In this document: positions 24,262-37,241 of the stretch, in pieces
How the letters are laid out: the number at the start of each line of letters is the position of its first letter
How positions within the stretch are numbered: position 1 is the first letter of the stretch
Assembly: GCA_965637545.1 (NCBI GenBank)
Contig: OZ281499.1
Coordinates: 1,488,001 to 1,552,000 of the forward strand
DNA length: 64,000 bases
From: Phallusia mammillata
Taxonomy: Eukaryota
Direction: 5' to 3'
Translations under genes and position numbers: made by a program
The notes under the pieces: generated by a model
Seen by the model: only the letters and a program-made list of their open reading frames with translations
What the model was told of the DNA's origin: nothing
Databases searched by the model: none

Positions 24262-26895
24262 GTTTCTTGCCAAGACACACAAGGAAATGATTGCAACTTC
24301 AAGAAGTTTGCAGCTTCAAGACATGTTCAACTTTTTGGGTTTGTGATTGATGATGATGATGTAATATCACGATGTCATTAACTTAATCGATCATATGACA
24401 AAGTTTCAATTAACTTTTCACGATGAGATTTTCTTAAAGGAAAACCCAGCAAGTGGGAAATGATATTTTTTGTCAAACAAATTGATTTCGGTGGTATACC
24501 AAGTCCTATGGTGTAACTTGAAACAAGTTTTGATATAAGTAAGAATGTGGTGTGTCAATATTTTTTTCAGGTTAATAATAATGTTATTGTATTAAAGAGT
24601 GCATAAAGATGTCATTCTTCCATTTATCTTAAAAAATGCTATTCTGGGAAGATTTTGGAATCGCCACTTTGCGGGAATATTTTTTTTTTCTTTTTCAATA
24701 GTTTTACTGATTCATGAATTTTTTCACTGTTTTTGCGGTCTCACTTTAATAATGACCGAAGGATTTAACGTTTTCGACGACTTCATTTGCATCAGCAATG
24801 GATTCTTAAGAAGAGGAAACGACCGCTGGCAACACACTGCGACATTTCATTAGTGCTCTGATTCTGCTGCTGGCAAATAGTTTGACTTTTTCTTTTATTT
24901 CACTTCCTTTCTTAACTTGTGCAGCAAAATTAAACAGCCGACAGTTTCTTCCTCAAAATCAAGTTGAAAACTAAACTGTACTCAATCTTTTAAAGCATTT
25001 TTGTGCGTTTTTCGACAATTTTGACTCTTTTATGATACCTTACACCGATTTCCTCAAGAAAAACGGCTTTGAATATATTTACAAATTATGATTTGGAACT
25101 GGTTTTACAAACATGATTATATATTGCCCCGAATCAACTCTGATTTTGAACAAAATATATCGGGTCAAGCAATTCCTGAAACATTTACCCACGAGATGGC
25201 GCTATAGCAACGTCAGTTTACGTTAGTAGCTTTGGCCGAAGAGTCCAGGGCGCCTGACCGGTGTACAGACATTAAAAACCTGATAGATATTTGTTTCTGA
25301 CTATAAAAGGCCTAAGTAAAATACCCTACAGAAAGGTTAGGTGGATTGAACACTATTTCGTGGCATATCTCCATTCTTATTTTCCAGTTATCTTGACCTC
25401 AGATACCATCCACATGTACCGTAAATGTTCCCGACAAGCCGCCGGTAATGATCGAGGCATCAAAGTCAGTTCTGTTGTATTCTGATGGTAACAACGAACC
25501 AGGTCCAGAACTACGTTGTTGTTGTTCTAAGCACGTTCTTTATTTAACAAATTTTCAACTGGTGTAATGCTCAACAAAATACTAGTTGTTTTGCAAGGAC
25601 TTTCGCCCACCAGAACGGCTTCTTCACCGTTGACAAATAACAAGTTTGTTAATATGCAACCTGGTGGACCAAACACTTGTTCGGTAATTTTTATGGGTAG
25701 ATTCTGTCCTATTCTAATTTTTTCCGGCTTGGTGATTGCTTTAGTGGAATTGTGTTGCTATGTGTTTTTTCACCAAGCGAAACATACTAAACTAAACTCG
25801 CAAAAAGTAAAAGAAAGCACAATGCTCTCATATTGAAGTTGTATAATTTTAACTTGGTTTATTAACTATTGTAAGTCCTTTTTAACAGGGAATCAAAGAA
25901 ATACTGTCTATCTTATTTGTGACGTCAAACACTGCATGCCGAAATTGGGCGTTACCCTAATCACCCGCCACACCCATTTTCACCTATCTGGACTCACCCA
26001 CACACACCTCATGTAATCAATTTGCTTATACCGCAATGCCGGTGTAGCTGCAGCGCGTTCAGCCATTTATCTACCGAGTGTGCCATCCACTGTTTGGCGC
26101 TCCATAACACTTCAACGTTGCGCAGTTATTTCCGACTTGGTGATTTTAGTACAATTGTGTCGCTATGTTTTTTGTTTAACAAGCGATTTTTTTTATAAAA
26201 CTAAATTTCGAATCCACAAATAAAAAAATTTCATTATCATGAAGTTCACCGATGGTTGCAAGAACAGTTCCAAGTCTGTAATAGGTAAAACCCAGTGGTG
26301 GGATTCAATTTTTAGTCAGCCGGTTCTATCACAAAAGTTATATTTTTCAGCCGGTTCTGTTACAAAAAGTCCATTGACAGTAACCAGTAATGCTAACCGG
26401 TTCGCTGATCTCATCAAATTTCGTGAGACGGTTCTATAACACCGGTGCAAACCGGCTGAATCCCACTAATGATAAAACCCAATGTTGTACGGCATTTGCA
26501 TCACAGTATATTGTCTTCAACCGAATTGTTACGTCACGCCCAAAAAAGACGTTTTCTCCGACAGTCACGTGACCTCGCTCTGCGGTTCTCGCCGTCACGC
26601 CTCAGTGCGCATCTGGACGTGGCGCCAAGTTATTAACTGGCGCTAAAAGGCCAGATTCGATGTCAATTGGCGAAAGGTAAATTGCGGCGCTTTCACCGAT
26701 TGTGCCGCGATGTTTTGATTAACACGGGACACGCCATGGCACATGAAAGACGCCACGACGGGGGTGAATGGCGCCTGTTTTGTCTGCTGTATAAACTCAG
26801 GCCCTAACGTCGCCCGCATCAGATCGAGTTGTCAAATAATCGCGGTGATGTTTGGTTTTCGTGTGGATTTTCAACTGGTAGATTGAAAACAATCA

Positions 26896-27027
26896 CTGCA
26901 AATCGTCTTTTTTCACTGTAAATCGTCCTTTTTTACTGAAAGTCAATTTATTTTACTCTAAATCTCCTTTTTTTAATGTAAATCGTATTTTTCACTGTAA
27001 ATGTTTTTTTCACTGTAATCGTCCTGC
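26896..27027 (+). repeat. Degenerate ~20-bp tandem repeat (ttcactgtaaatcgtcttt), about 6 units
   Basis: Recurrent actgtaaatcgt-like units. Confidence 0.6.
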
Positions 27028-29677
27028 ACTAAAGTATTTAAATGTAAAATATTTGTAACCATAAGGAGCTTCATGCAAATAGCCAATAATGGCAACCCCA
27101 TAACTTAGGAATTATTTTTTCCCATAGTTTTACTTTAATTTTTGGGTCCAAAACATTCTAATTAGGCGGATAATCACCGATAAGGCGTTGTAATAATATG
27201 TTTCACTTTGAATGAAAAAAACGTGAAACATTTTGGTTCGTTTTGCATTTCTCTTTTCGTAAAGTACATTTCTCAATACTTGTCACACATAGCAATTGCC
27301 AAAATTTTAACTATAAATAAAAATGTTCTTTGTTACAGTAACGTACAAAATTGCTTCGTCACATGAACATGTGTTCACGAGTCCATTGCGCTAAAATTGG
27401 TCCACGGATCACTGGGTCATTTAATATGTCAATCAATCAAACGTGACATATTTAATCTACATGTACTAACAAAAACTTTACCCCTGTACTTAAAAATGTA
27501 GCAGTTTTAACTAACGATTCCATCCGTTCGTAACAAACATTCAATCTTAAGGACAAAAAGGCTTAAATCAGTGTACTTAACATTCATTACGTACTTTTTC
27601 CACCAAGCAACAAGCTGGGAGATTCTATTATTAAGTTTAAAGTACATAAATTATTTTGAATTAAAACTATTAAGGTTTTATCAACGGTTTGGGTGCCGTT
27701 GATAAAATTTTGTTTGTTATGGTAACGTAAAAAATTGCTTTATCATGTGTACATATCCGCGGCTTTATTGCGCTAAAATTGGTCCACATTTTTAACACCG
27801 GGTCATTCAATACGTCAATCAATCAAAAAGATATTTTAAGAAGCTTATTTCTACAGTGCCTGAAAATATCATAGTTGTAACAAATGGTTCAATTCGTGTT
27901 TGACATAAAGGTTCGTTTGATCAACATGTGTCCGTTTTTGTTTCTCGGCTTTGGTAACGGTAGATTAGCTATATGAAGATTGAACGAAAGACAGGTGATT
28001 TATCATTTGGCACAATACGATGTTTTAAACCTGTTTGAAAGTGTGGCACTGACTCGTGACATGGCAGAGGCATCACGACTTTATGAGGTCAGATTTAATC
28101 TAAAGCACAACCGCCAGGTCTTGGTAAATACATGTTATAAGGACGTTGGCTTCGAAGAAGCCCTACCGTTCTGGTGGGCGAAACGTGAGCAAAAATACAA
28201 GTTCTTGATCAAAACAACGAGTATTTTGTTTAGCATTACATCAGTTGAACGACAAATTTGTAAATATGCAACCAAACGCTTGTTAGGTATTTTTTACAAC
28301 AGCTATTGTCATCATCAGTGCAAATGAATATACAAGCTCACTGAATGTTTTGTTTTAACTGAAGTAAAAATCAACACTCAGAAAATGTTTTGTTGTGGTG
28401 TTTCGGCCTAATGTATTGAAATGCCGAGTTGTAATGTAACTAGTATCGTCTGTTTAGCTGTTTAGCATTTGTGGGTCGGAATGGTTTTTACTTCACAGGT
28501 GATGTTCTCAGAGTTTAAGTGTTTGTCTACAAATCACATGAAAATTCCTCCCCTCAATTATTTGAAATTTCTCCCTTGGAAGAATTCCTCCCCGGTTGGG
28601 AACCACTGGCTTAGTTCAGTGGTCGGCAACCACCGGTCCGCGAGAAGTTTAGTATCGGGCCGTATAATTTTCAGGCCAAATGCTTTAAAACATTTTGCAC
28701 ATGTATCCCGGGGATGGTAAACTAATTTAGTCGTTTTTTTATTGCTGAATATTTTTAGTTTTTAGTAGGCAGGTCCGCGATAGACTTTCAGTTTCAAAAA
28801 CTGTCTGCAGTACAAAAAAAGGCTGTCGACCCCTTAGTAGTTCAGGACGGTTACTGTAGAAGTTCCTTGGAAACCCATATATTAGATCACAATATTTGTA
28901 TCCGCGCCTTTTCCTTAACCTTTATCAGAGACTCAATCGCATTGCGTTTGATGCGCGCAACATTTTAATCGTAGATTAACAAGAAAAACGATTAAGTAAA
29001 TATTGACTGAAGAGACACGCGCCTTGCTGGTTCGCGGGCCTTGTTATCGACGAACAAATAGTCTCGACGCAATTTATGGCAGACTCTCGCCTTCACGTTC
29101 ACTGTTCCGTGACGTGGCGCACCCCCGCACCCCCCCAAACCCACAATCGCGACGGCAATCAGGAAAAAGAACGATGATTTTTTTCTTGGCCCGATTTTTC
29201 AGGAAATGAGCGCAGATACTTCGCTATTTGAGTTGGATGGCTTCTCGGGGTGAAATTGCTTCGTTGGGTTCATTTTCGAGGTTTGACCAAACCTTACGTA
29301 GGTTATTATTGTAAACCAGGGTCCGGCAACCTTTGAAGCGACGCGAGCCAATTTACTTGTTATTTCCATGTGGTAATGACTTCGCGTGGCAGCATTTTTT
29401 CTGAGTAATAGTGGTTGGTGCCAACTTATATCAATTTTAAGGAGAGAGAGCAGAGCGTTTAGTGCATGTATACTGGATTTTAAGAGAATGGAATGATCAG
29501 TAACTAAAAACAAGCAGTGTAACATGTTAAATTAGTTCTTCACTATGAACACGCAAATCGGTTGGCGTGCCAACAAAATCTTAAGATCACCTCGCGTGCC
29601 AACCTTGACCCCTGTTGCAAACGCTTTCCAGAGGCACCAGGGTCATGCACGTTCTTTTAGCTGATTGGAGTGTTATT

Positions 29678-29719
29678 GCCCTGATGAAGGCGAGCTGACT
29701 AGGACGTTGAAACGTCGGT
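29678..29719 (+). ncRNA. Minimal type I hammerhead-ribozyme-like motif (duplicate at 36037-36078)
   Basis: gcc-CTGATGA-a-ggcg...cgtt-GAAA-CGTC-ggt: intact core, GUC triplet, 3-bp stem I, weak stem II with two GU pairs. Confidence 0.35.
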
Positions 29720-30882
29720 TAAAACGGTACATTTGTTAGAAGAGTATCATTTAGTTTATACCTATTACCTAATGCCTGGCAGCCGAACTTTACTTTGGTT
29801 TATGCTGTGAAACGCAACGCATTCTCAATACATCAGAATCTTTTATATCGGTCTGTACGTACTGGTAAGGTCGTAAGTAGTTAGACATAAAGTAAAAGGC
29901 TTTTTGGAAAAGCAGTTCATCCTTTTGTTTAAATACTAAAAAGTGTTACACTTTTTTGTTTTACAAGTCAACAAGTGGAAGGAAAGTAAAACATGTAGTG
30001 GCATTAAAAGATGTCGATTTAAATTTGTTCAAAAAGTCAGGACATTGAAATCAGTGCACAATAAGTTATATTGTTTGTGTAGTTTAGAGCGCACTGATTG
30101 GAAAAGAAAGGGATTGATATAATGTACTTATGTCTCGATAAAGTAAAACGTTTATATCGTACATTTACGTTTGTGCTATTTAAGATATTATTGGCTGCTT
30201 TTGCCGTTTAAAAGAAACTCATGTTTTTTAACCTTAACACTAGACGGGCAAACCGTGCTTCCAAAACAACCGTCTTCTGATTGGTCTGTGCACATTTTTT
30301 ACACTTATTAGTTTTTTTGCATTTCTTTGTGTAATTTGATATTGAAATAACGAGATTTCAACATTGCATCGCTATATTACGATAAGTGACTGTTGACATC
30401 GGAGTGATTGATTAAAATGTATCTTTACAAGCATTCCAATGCGACCTGAACAAATTATAATTTCGAAATAAAACCATTTCAATTATCACAAATAGGTTTT
30501 TGCATGTAAATACTTTGCCCAATCATCAAGTCATTATCATACCCATGTGTAATAATAAAGACGGTAAACATGTGCAACGAGTGTGGACCTATTTGCCAAG
30601 CTATTTTCAATGCGATAATTTAATGCTACTCAGTTTTACATTAACTTTTATGTTTTATGCTAATCATAAATGAAACTCATCAGACTAAGGTTTGAAAAGT
30701 TTATTTCCTGAAAAGCAGATTATACTGTTTGCTTAAACTTAATTTTCCAAAAAACAAATACCGGAATTGAACAGACTTCTTTTTATGTTCATCCTTTCTT
30801 TGTGTTTTCTTTAATAAAACTGCAAAATTTTTGTGCAAAGTACATGATATTTTTGGAATTCAACTGTGACTGTGTTAAACAG

Positions 30883-33556
30883 AAATATGCAGCGAGTTTT
30901 TGAAAAGGCAGCTTGACCCATCGAACTGTCTCGGCATCCGAGCATTTGCTGACACTCATGCCTGCAGAGAGTTACTACGAGTAGCCGACAAGTTCACACA
31001 AGCAAACTTTCAAGAGGTAAGTTCGTTGTTGTTTGAAATACATGGACAAGAAACTTTACTGGTGCTATTAAAATGCATTGTAAGTCATATGCTTATAGCA
31101 AAATTCTAATTCAATATCACATTTAGGTACACATTGGATAGTTTAAATACTCTAAGCAAAAAGCAAGATAGCCCTCAGAAGATCAAATATATACTGACTT
31201 CTCTTTTTGCTCAGTGTTTTATATGGTATTGATGGTAATGTTTCATGTTTCTGACTTGAATGTGCAAATAAGTTTAGCTTTTGCATTATGTAGATTTGGG
31301 AAAACATTTCTTTTTACCGCTCTATCTGTTTGTGGTTGCATTTTCACAAAATCATAATAAAAACGATTTTTGTGTGTGTGAAGGTGAAAGAGAATGAAGA
31401 GTTTCGTCTTTTGCCTGTGGAGCAGTTAATAGAAATCATAAGCTCAGATGACCTGAACGTCAGGTCCGAGGAACACGTTTACAAAGCACTTATGACATGG
31501 ACACAACATGATATTGCTGAGAGGAGACCATTGCTACCTAAAGTATGTATTCTGGTTTGTTATGCATTGAACATTCACGGTCACAGTGAGATGTGTCCCT
31601 CAATGAGTCAGTTGTTTAGTATTAACTAGAGATGTACCGCATATTCGGTTTGCCGAATTTATTCGCTTTGTTGTGATTCGGCCGAAACCGAATCTTTTAC
31701 GAACTCAAATTTGAAACATGATACATGTCTTTTCTGCTAAAAAAGGCCCTATACACAATCTTTCATGTTTCAGTGACATAACTACAATCACATCAATTCT
31801 TATTACTATTTTTTAAAACATTTTTCCCACTCAGACAAAAAGTCTGTAATTCATTGGCAGGCTGTCATCCATGGCCGAGGCGACCTAAAACCCCAGAGAA
31901 CTGAAATGATAATAAAACACAACTATTCTGTTGTGTAGCACCACTGTTTCCATGGTCAAAAAACTCCTGTTTTTATGTCAAACGCGTACTGTAAGACTTT
32001 GCATGACATCATCAAACATTCGGTTGAACCCAGTTTTGTAACTTGCGTCAAACTCCAATGTACTGGTCATTCACATACATATCATGTCAAACTAAACAAA
32101 CAACTCCCCTTAGCATTTTGGTGCAAACTAACTTGCTTGTGGTGTCACAGCACATCACACCTAGGTTATATGTTTAAAATGGCCAAACACACTGTTTTTT
32201 ACACCTATGGAGTGTTACTGTGACTTTTAGTACCTTATTAACAAACTGGTGGCTCCCTTTAAGTCCATGCGAATTGTCAGACTTGTAAAAAATATGACTA
32301 ACATGTTGTTACATTATACATTTGTTTTAATAACCCCTTTCAAGCGAGAATATTGGTGTAAAATATAACATTTCATTGTGTATTCAAGATTCTTACTGTA
32401 TGGTAACTTGTTTTTTACACTGCAGAGTGCAGACTATTAAACAATTGTGTACAGTAAAAAAAAACATCTTCAAATAAGGCATGTCACATCTTGCGTATAT
32501 TTGGGCCGTTATTTTCACCATTAAACTTATGAACAGATCCGTATATAGTGTCCAAAGTTCTAATTTTATAATCAAAATATATGACCACATACTTGCTTTA
32601 CAGTTCAGATTATCATGTACAATGCAAATCATATTCTTTCAGGTTTTACAACATGTTCGTCTCCCGTTGCTCACCCCAAAATTTCTGGTCGGGGTTGTAA
32701 GTGTCGATCCTCTCATCCACAATGATGAGCAGTGCAGGGATTTAGTGGATGAGGCGAAGAACTATATGTTGTTGCCACAGGAACGACCTCTAATGCAGGG
32801 TCCAAGGACAAGACCAAGACGACCAATTACAAGAGAAGTCCTTTTTGCAGTTGGTGGTAAGTAAAGTACATTGTATTCAGTGATGGGATTCAGCCGGTTC
32901 GCACAGGTTCTATAGAACCGTCTCACAAAATTTTATGAGATCAGCGAACCGGTTAACATTAATGGTTACTGTCAATGGACTTTTTGTAACAGAGCCAGCT
33001 GAAAAATAAGACTTTTGTGATAGAACAGGCTGACAAAAAATTTGAATCCCACCACTGATTGTGTTGCTTGTTTTCAAGCATGAAACATAGCAAGTTTCTA
33101 AACTTTTTTACTTTCTCCTTTTTGTGTTATAGATGAAATCTTGTTTTTCCTTTTTTGTGTGCCACCAAATTACAAAGAAAACGATTAAAAATTTTAGTTT
33201 GAAGCTTTAATATTGAAAATAAGGCTTAGAAAGCATGTGATCTCTTGAGCTTTCTAAATTAAGAGCCCTTGTTCTTAATACAAGACTAGTATTGTGACAA
33301 ACTACTAGGTTATAGTAAGGTAAACAAGCTCTGTTAAACAAAACGATGAATCATAATTGAATCGTTTGTTTCACACAGGTTGGTGCAGCGGTGACGCGAT
33401 CAGCTCGGTGGAGCGCTACTGCCCAGAGACACGTGACTGGCGCTTGGTGGCGCCGATGAGCAAGCGGAGGTGTGGCGTAGGCGTAGCTGTACTGGACGAC
33501 CTGTTGTATGCAGTGGGTGGACACGATGGAACGTCCTACTTGAACAGTGTGGAAAG
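30883..33556 (+). CDS. KLHL20: Duplicate set of four KLHL20 exons (30883-31016, 31384-31542, 32643-32856, 33379-33556)
   Basis: Same sequence as the first four exons of the 37242-42648 model, offset 6359 bp. Confidence 0.85.
32878..33057. mobile_element. ~180-bp MITE family with CAGTGGTGGGATTCA TIRs (other copies ~16333-16510, 19674-19853, 26293-26471, 39237-39416)
   Basis: Shared internal sequence, terminal inverted repeats and near-matching 8-bp TSDs (attgtatt/attgtgtt; gtaaaacc/ataaaacc). Confidence 0.8.
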
Positions 33557-36500
33557 GTGTGTTACGTATTGTTGCTATACACTTCTTCTTTTGTGACGAC
33601 ACAAAAGCGGTGATTTGATTTCGTTGCAAACATCGGCATTTGGTGCTTTGTCGTTATAACGTTTGGGTCTCAAAACAAGTCAATTAAAACAGCAAATTCA
33701 GTCCTTTAATTCAGAAAAAAAAAATTCGGCCCATAATATTCACCATCCTTAATGTGGCCCTTCATGCTCTTAATTTTTGACCACCCTGTTGTAGACAACC
33801 CATTCGTAACCTTATCATGAGACGCATTCCCCAAAATGTCGAATTTGCATAGTATATTAAAGGGTCAATTTGGAAACACTTGCTGGACATTCTTGCACAA
33901 TATTGTCAGCAATGTCGTGTCCCATATTGTGTGTTAATATCTGGCTACAGCTCAAAAGTTTTGAACTTTTCCAGACCCCAAGTGTTTTGTGAGATTTCAA
34001 CAAGAGAAATTTAGAAGCCTAAACGGACGTAAAAGAGACCTGCATAAACGTTTTAGCAAAATGCTTGTGCCATGATCAGTCATTTATTGTATTTGTCAAA
34101 ATACATTGCATTGACTTTTGTCGGAACGTGTGGAAATTATAGTGTCTCATTATACGTCCATACTGACATGCTTTACGTCTAGCAATAGTAACAGGATATA
34201 TTAAAACGTATGCATGCGAAATTAGAATGTTAAATTTTGGGGTTAAATTTTATCCTCGATATCTGCAAATGGGTAAAAAAGAGAAAAGGGGCGTTTTTGT
34301 TTCTCGGCTTTGGTAACGGTAGATTAGCTATATGAAGATTGAACGAAAGACAGGTGATTTATCATTTGGCACAATACGATGTTTTAAACCTGTTTGAAAG
34401 TGTGGCACTGACTCGTGACATGGCAGAGGCATCACGACTTTATGAGGTCAGATTTAATCTAAAGCACAACCGCCAGGTCTTGGTAAATACATGTTATAAG
34501 GACGTTGGCTTCGAAGAAGCCCTACCGTTCTGGTGGGCGAAACGTGAGCAAAAATACAAGTTCTTGATCAAAACAACGAGTATTTTGTTTAGCATTACAT
34601 CAGTTGAACGACAAATTTGTAAATATGCAACCAAACGCTTGTTAGGTATTTTTTACAACAGCTATTGTCATCATCAGTGCAAATGAATATACAAGCTCAC
34701 TGAATGTTTTGTTTTAACTGAAGTAAAAATCAACACTCAGAAAATGTTTTGTTGTGGTGTTTCGGCCTAATGTATTGAAATGCCGAGTTGTAATGTAACT
34801 AGTATCGTCTGTTTAGCTGTTTAGCATTTGTGGGTCGGAATGGTTTTTACTTCACAGGTGATGTTCTCAGAGTTTAAGTGTTTGTCTACAAATCACATGA
34901 AAATTCCTCCCCTCAATTATTTGAAATTTCTCCCTTGGAAGAATTCCTCCCCGGTTGGGAACCACTGGCTTAGTTCAGTGGTCGGCAACCACCGGTCCGC
35001 GAGAAGTTTAGTATCGGGCCGTATAATTTTCAGGCCAAATGCTTTAAAACATTTTGCACATGTATCCCGGGGATGGTAAACTAATTTAGTCGTTTTTTTA
35101 TTGCTGAATATTTTTAGTTTTTAGTAGGCAGGTCCGCGATAGACTTTCAGTTTCAAAAACTGTCTGCAGTACAAAAAAAGGCTGTCGACCCCTTAGTAGT
35201 TCAGGACGGTTACTGTAGAAGTTCCTTGGAAACCCATATATTAGATCACAATATTTGTATCCGCGCCTTTTCCTTAACCTTTATCAGAGACTCAATCGCA
35301 TTGCGTTTGATGCGCGCAACATTTTAATCGTAGATTAACAAGAAAAACGATTAAGTAAATATTGACTGAAGAGACACGCGCCTTGCTGGTTCGCGGGCCT
35401 TGTTATCGACGAACAAATAGTCTCGACGCAATTTATGGCAGACTCTCGCCTTCACGTTCACTGTTCCGTGACGTGGCGCACCCCCGCACCCCCCCAAACC
35501 CACAATCGCGACGGCAATCAGGAAAAAGAACGATGATTTTTTTCTTGGCCCGATTTTTCAGGAAATGAGCGCAGATACTTCGCTATTTGAGTTGGATGGC
35601 TTCTCGGGGTGAAATTGCTTCGTTGGGTTCATTTTCGAGGTTTGACCAAACCTTACGTAGGTTATTATTGTAAACCAGGGTCCGGCAACCTTTGAAGCGA
35701 CGCGAGCCAATTTACTTGTTATTTCCATGTGGTAATGACTTCGCGTGGCAGCATTTTTTCTGAGTAATAGTGGTTGGTGCCAACTTATATCAATTTTAAG
35801 GAGAGAGAGCAGAGCGTTTAGTGCATGTATACTGGATTTTAAGAGAATGGAATGATCAGTAACTAAAAACAAGCAGTGTAACATGTTAAATTAGTTCTTC
35901 ACTATGAACACGCAAATCGGTTGGCGTGCCAACAAAATCTTAAGATCACCTCGCGTGCCAACCTTGACCCCTGTTGCAAACGCTTTCCAGAGGCACCAGG
36001 GTCATGCACGTTCTTTTAGCTGATTGGAGTGTTATTGCCCTGATGAAGGCGAGCTGACTAGGACGTTGAAACGTCGGTTAAAACGGTACATTTGTTAGAA
36101 GAGTATCATTTAGTTTATACCTATTACCTAATGCCTGGCAGCCGAACTTTACTTTGGTTTATGCTGTGAAACGCAACGCATTCTCAATACATCAGAATCT
36201 TTTATATCGGTCTGTACGTACTGGTAAGGTCGTAAGTAGTTAGACATAAAGTAAAAGGCTTTTTGGAAAAGCAGTTCATCCTTTTGTTTAAATACTAAAA
36301 AGTGTTACACTTTTTTGTTTTACAAGTCAACAAGTGGAAGGAAAGTAAAACATGTAGTGGCATTAAAAGATGTCGATTTAAATTTGTTCAAAAAGTCAGG
36401 ACATTGAAATCAGTGCACAATAAGTTATATTGTTTGTGTAGTTTAGAGCGCACTGATTGGAAAAGAAAGGGATTGATATAATGTACTTATGTCTCGATAA

Positions 36501-37241
36501 AGTAAAACGTTTATATCGTACATTTACGTTTGTGCTATTTAAGATATTATTGGCTGCTTTTGCCGTTTAAAAGAAACTCATGTTTTTTAACCTTAACACT
36601 AGACGGGCAAACCGTGCTTCCAAAACAACCGTCTTCTGATTGGTCTGTGCACATTTTTTACACTTATTAGTTTTTTTGCATTTCTTTGTGTAATTTGATA
36701 TTGAAATAACGAGATTTCAACATTGCATCGCTATATTACGATAAGTGACTGTTGACATCGGAGTGATTGATTAAAATGTATCTTTACAAGCATTCCAATG
36801 CGACCTGAACAAATTATAATTTCGAAATAAAACCATTTCAATTATCACAAATAGGTTTTTGCATGTAAATACTTTGCCCAATCATCAAGTCATTATCATA
36901 CCCATGTGTAATAATAAAGACGGTAAACATGTGCAACGAGTGTGGACCTATTTGCCAAGCTATTTTCAATGCGATAATTTAATGCTACTCAGTTTTACAT
37001 TAACTTTTATGTTTTATGCTAATCATAAATGAAACTCATCAGACTAAGGTTTGAAAAGTTTATTTCCTGAAAAGCAGATTATACTGTTTGCTTAAACTTA
37101 ATTTTCCAAAAAACAAATACCGGAATTGAACAGACTTCTTTTTATGTTCATCCTTTCTTTGTGTTTTCTTTAATAAAACTGCAAAATTTTTGTGCAAAGT
37201 ACATGATATTTTTGGAATTCAACTGTGACTGTGTTAAACAG

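Noticed and set aside
27980-28327. 115-aa ORF (duplicated at 34339) as the KLHL20 5' region or a separate gene
   Set aside because: No BTB similarity, a non-ATG start, ambiguous splice signals and overlap with a degenerate repeat motif.
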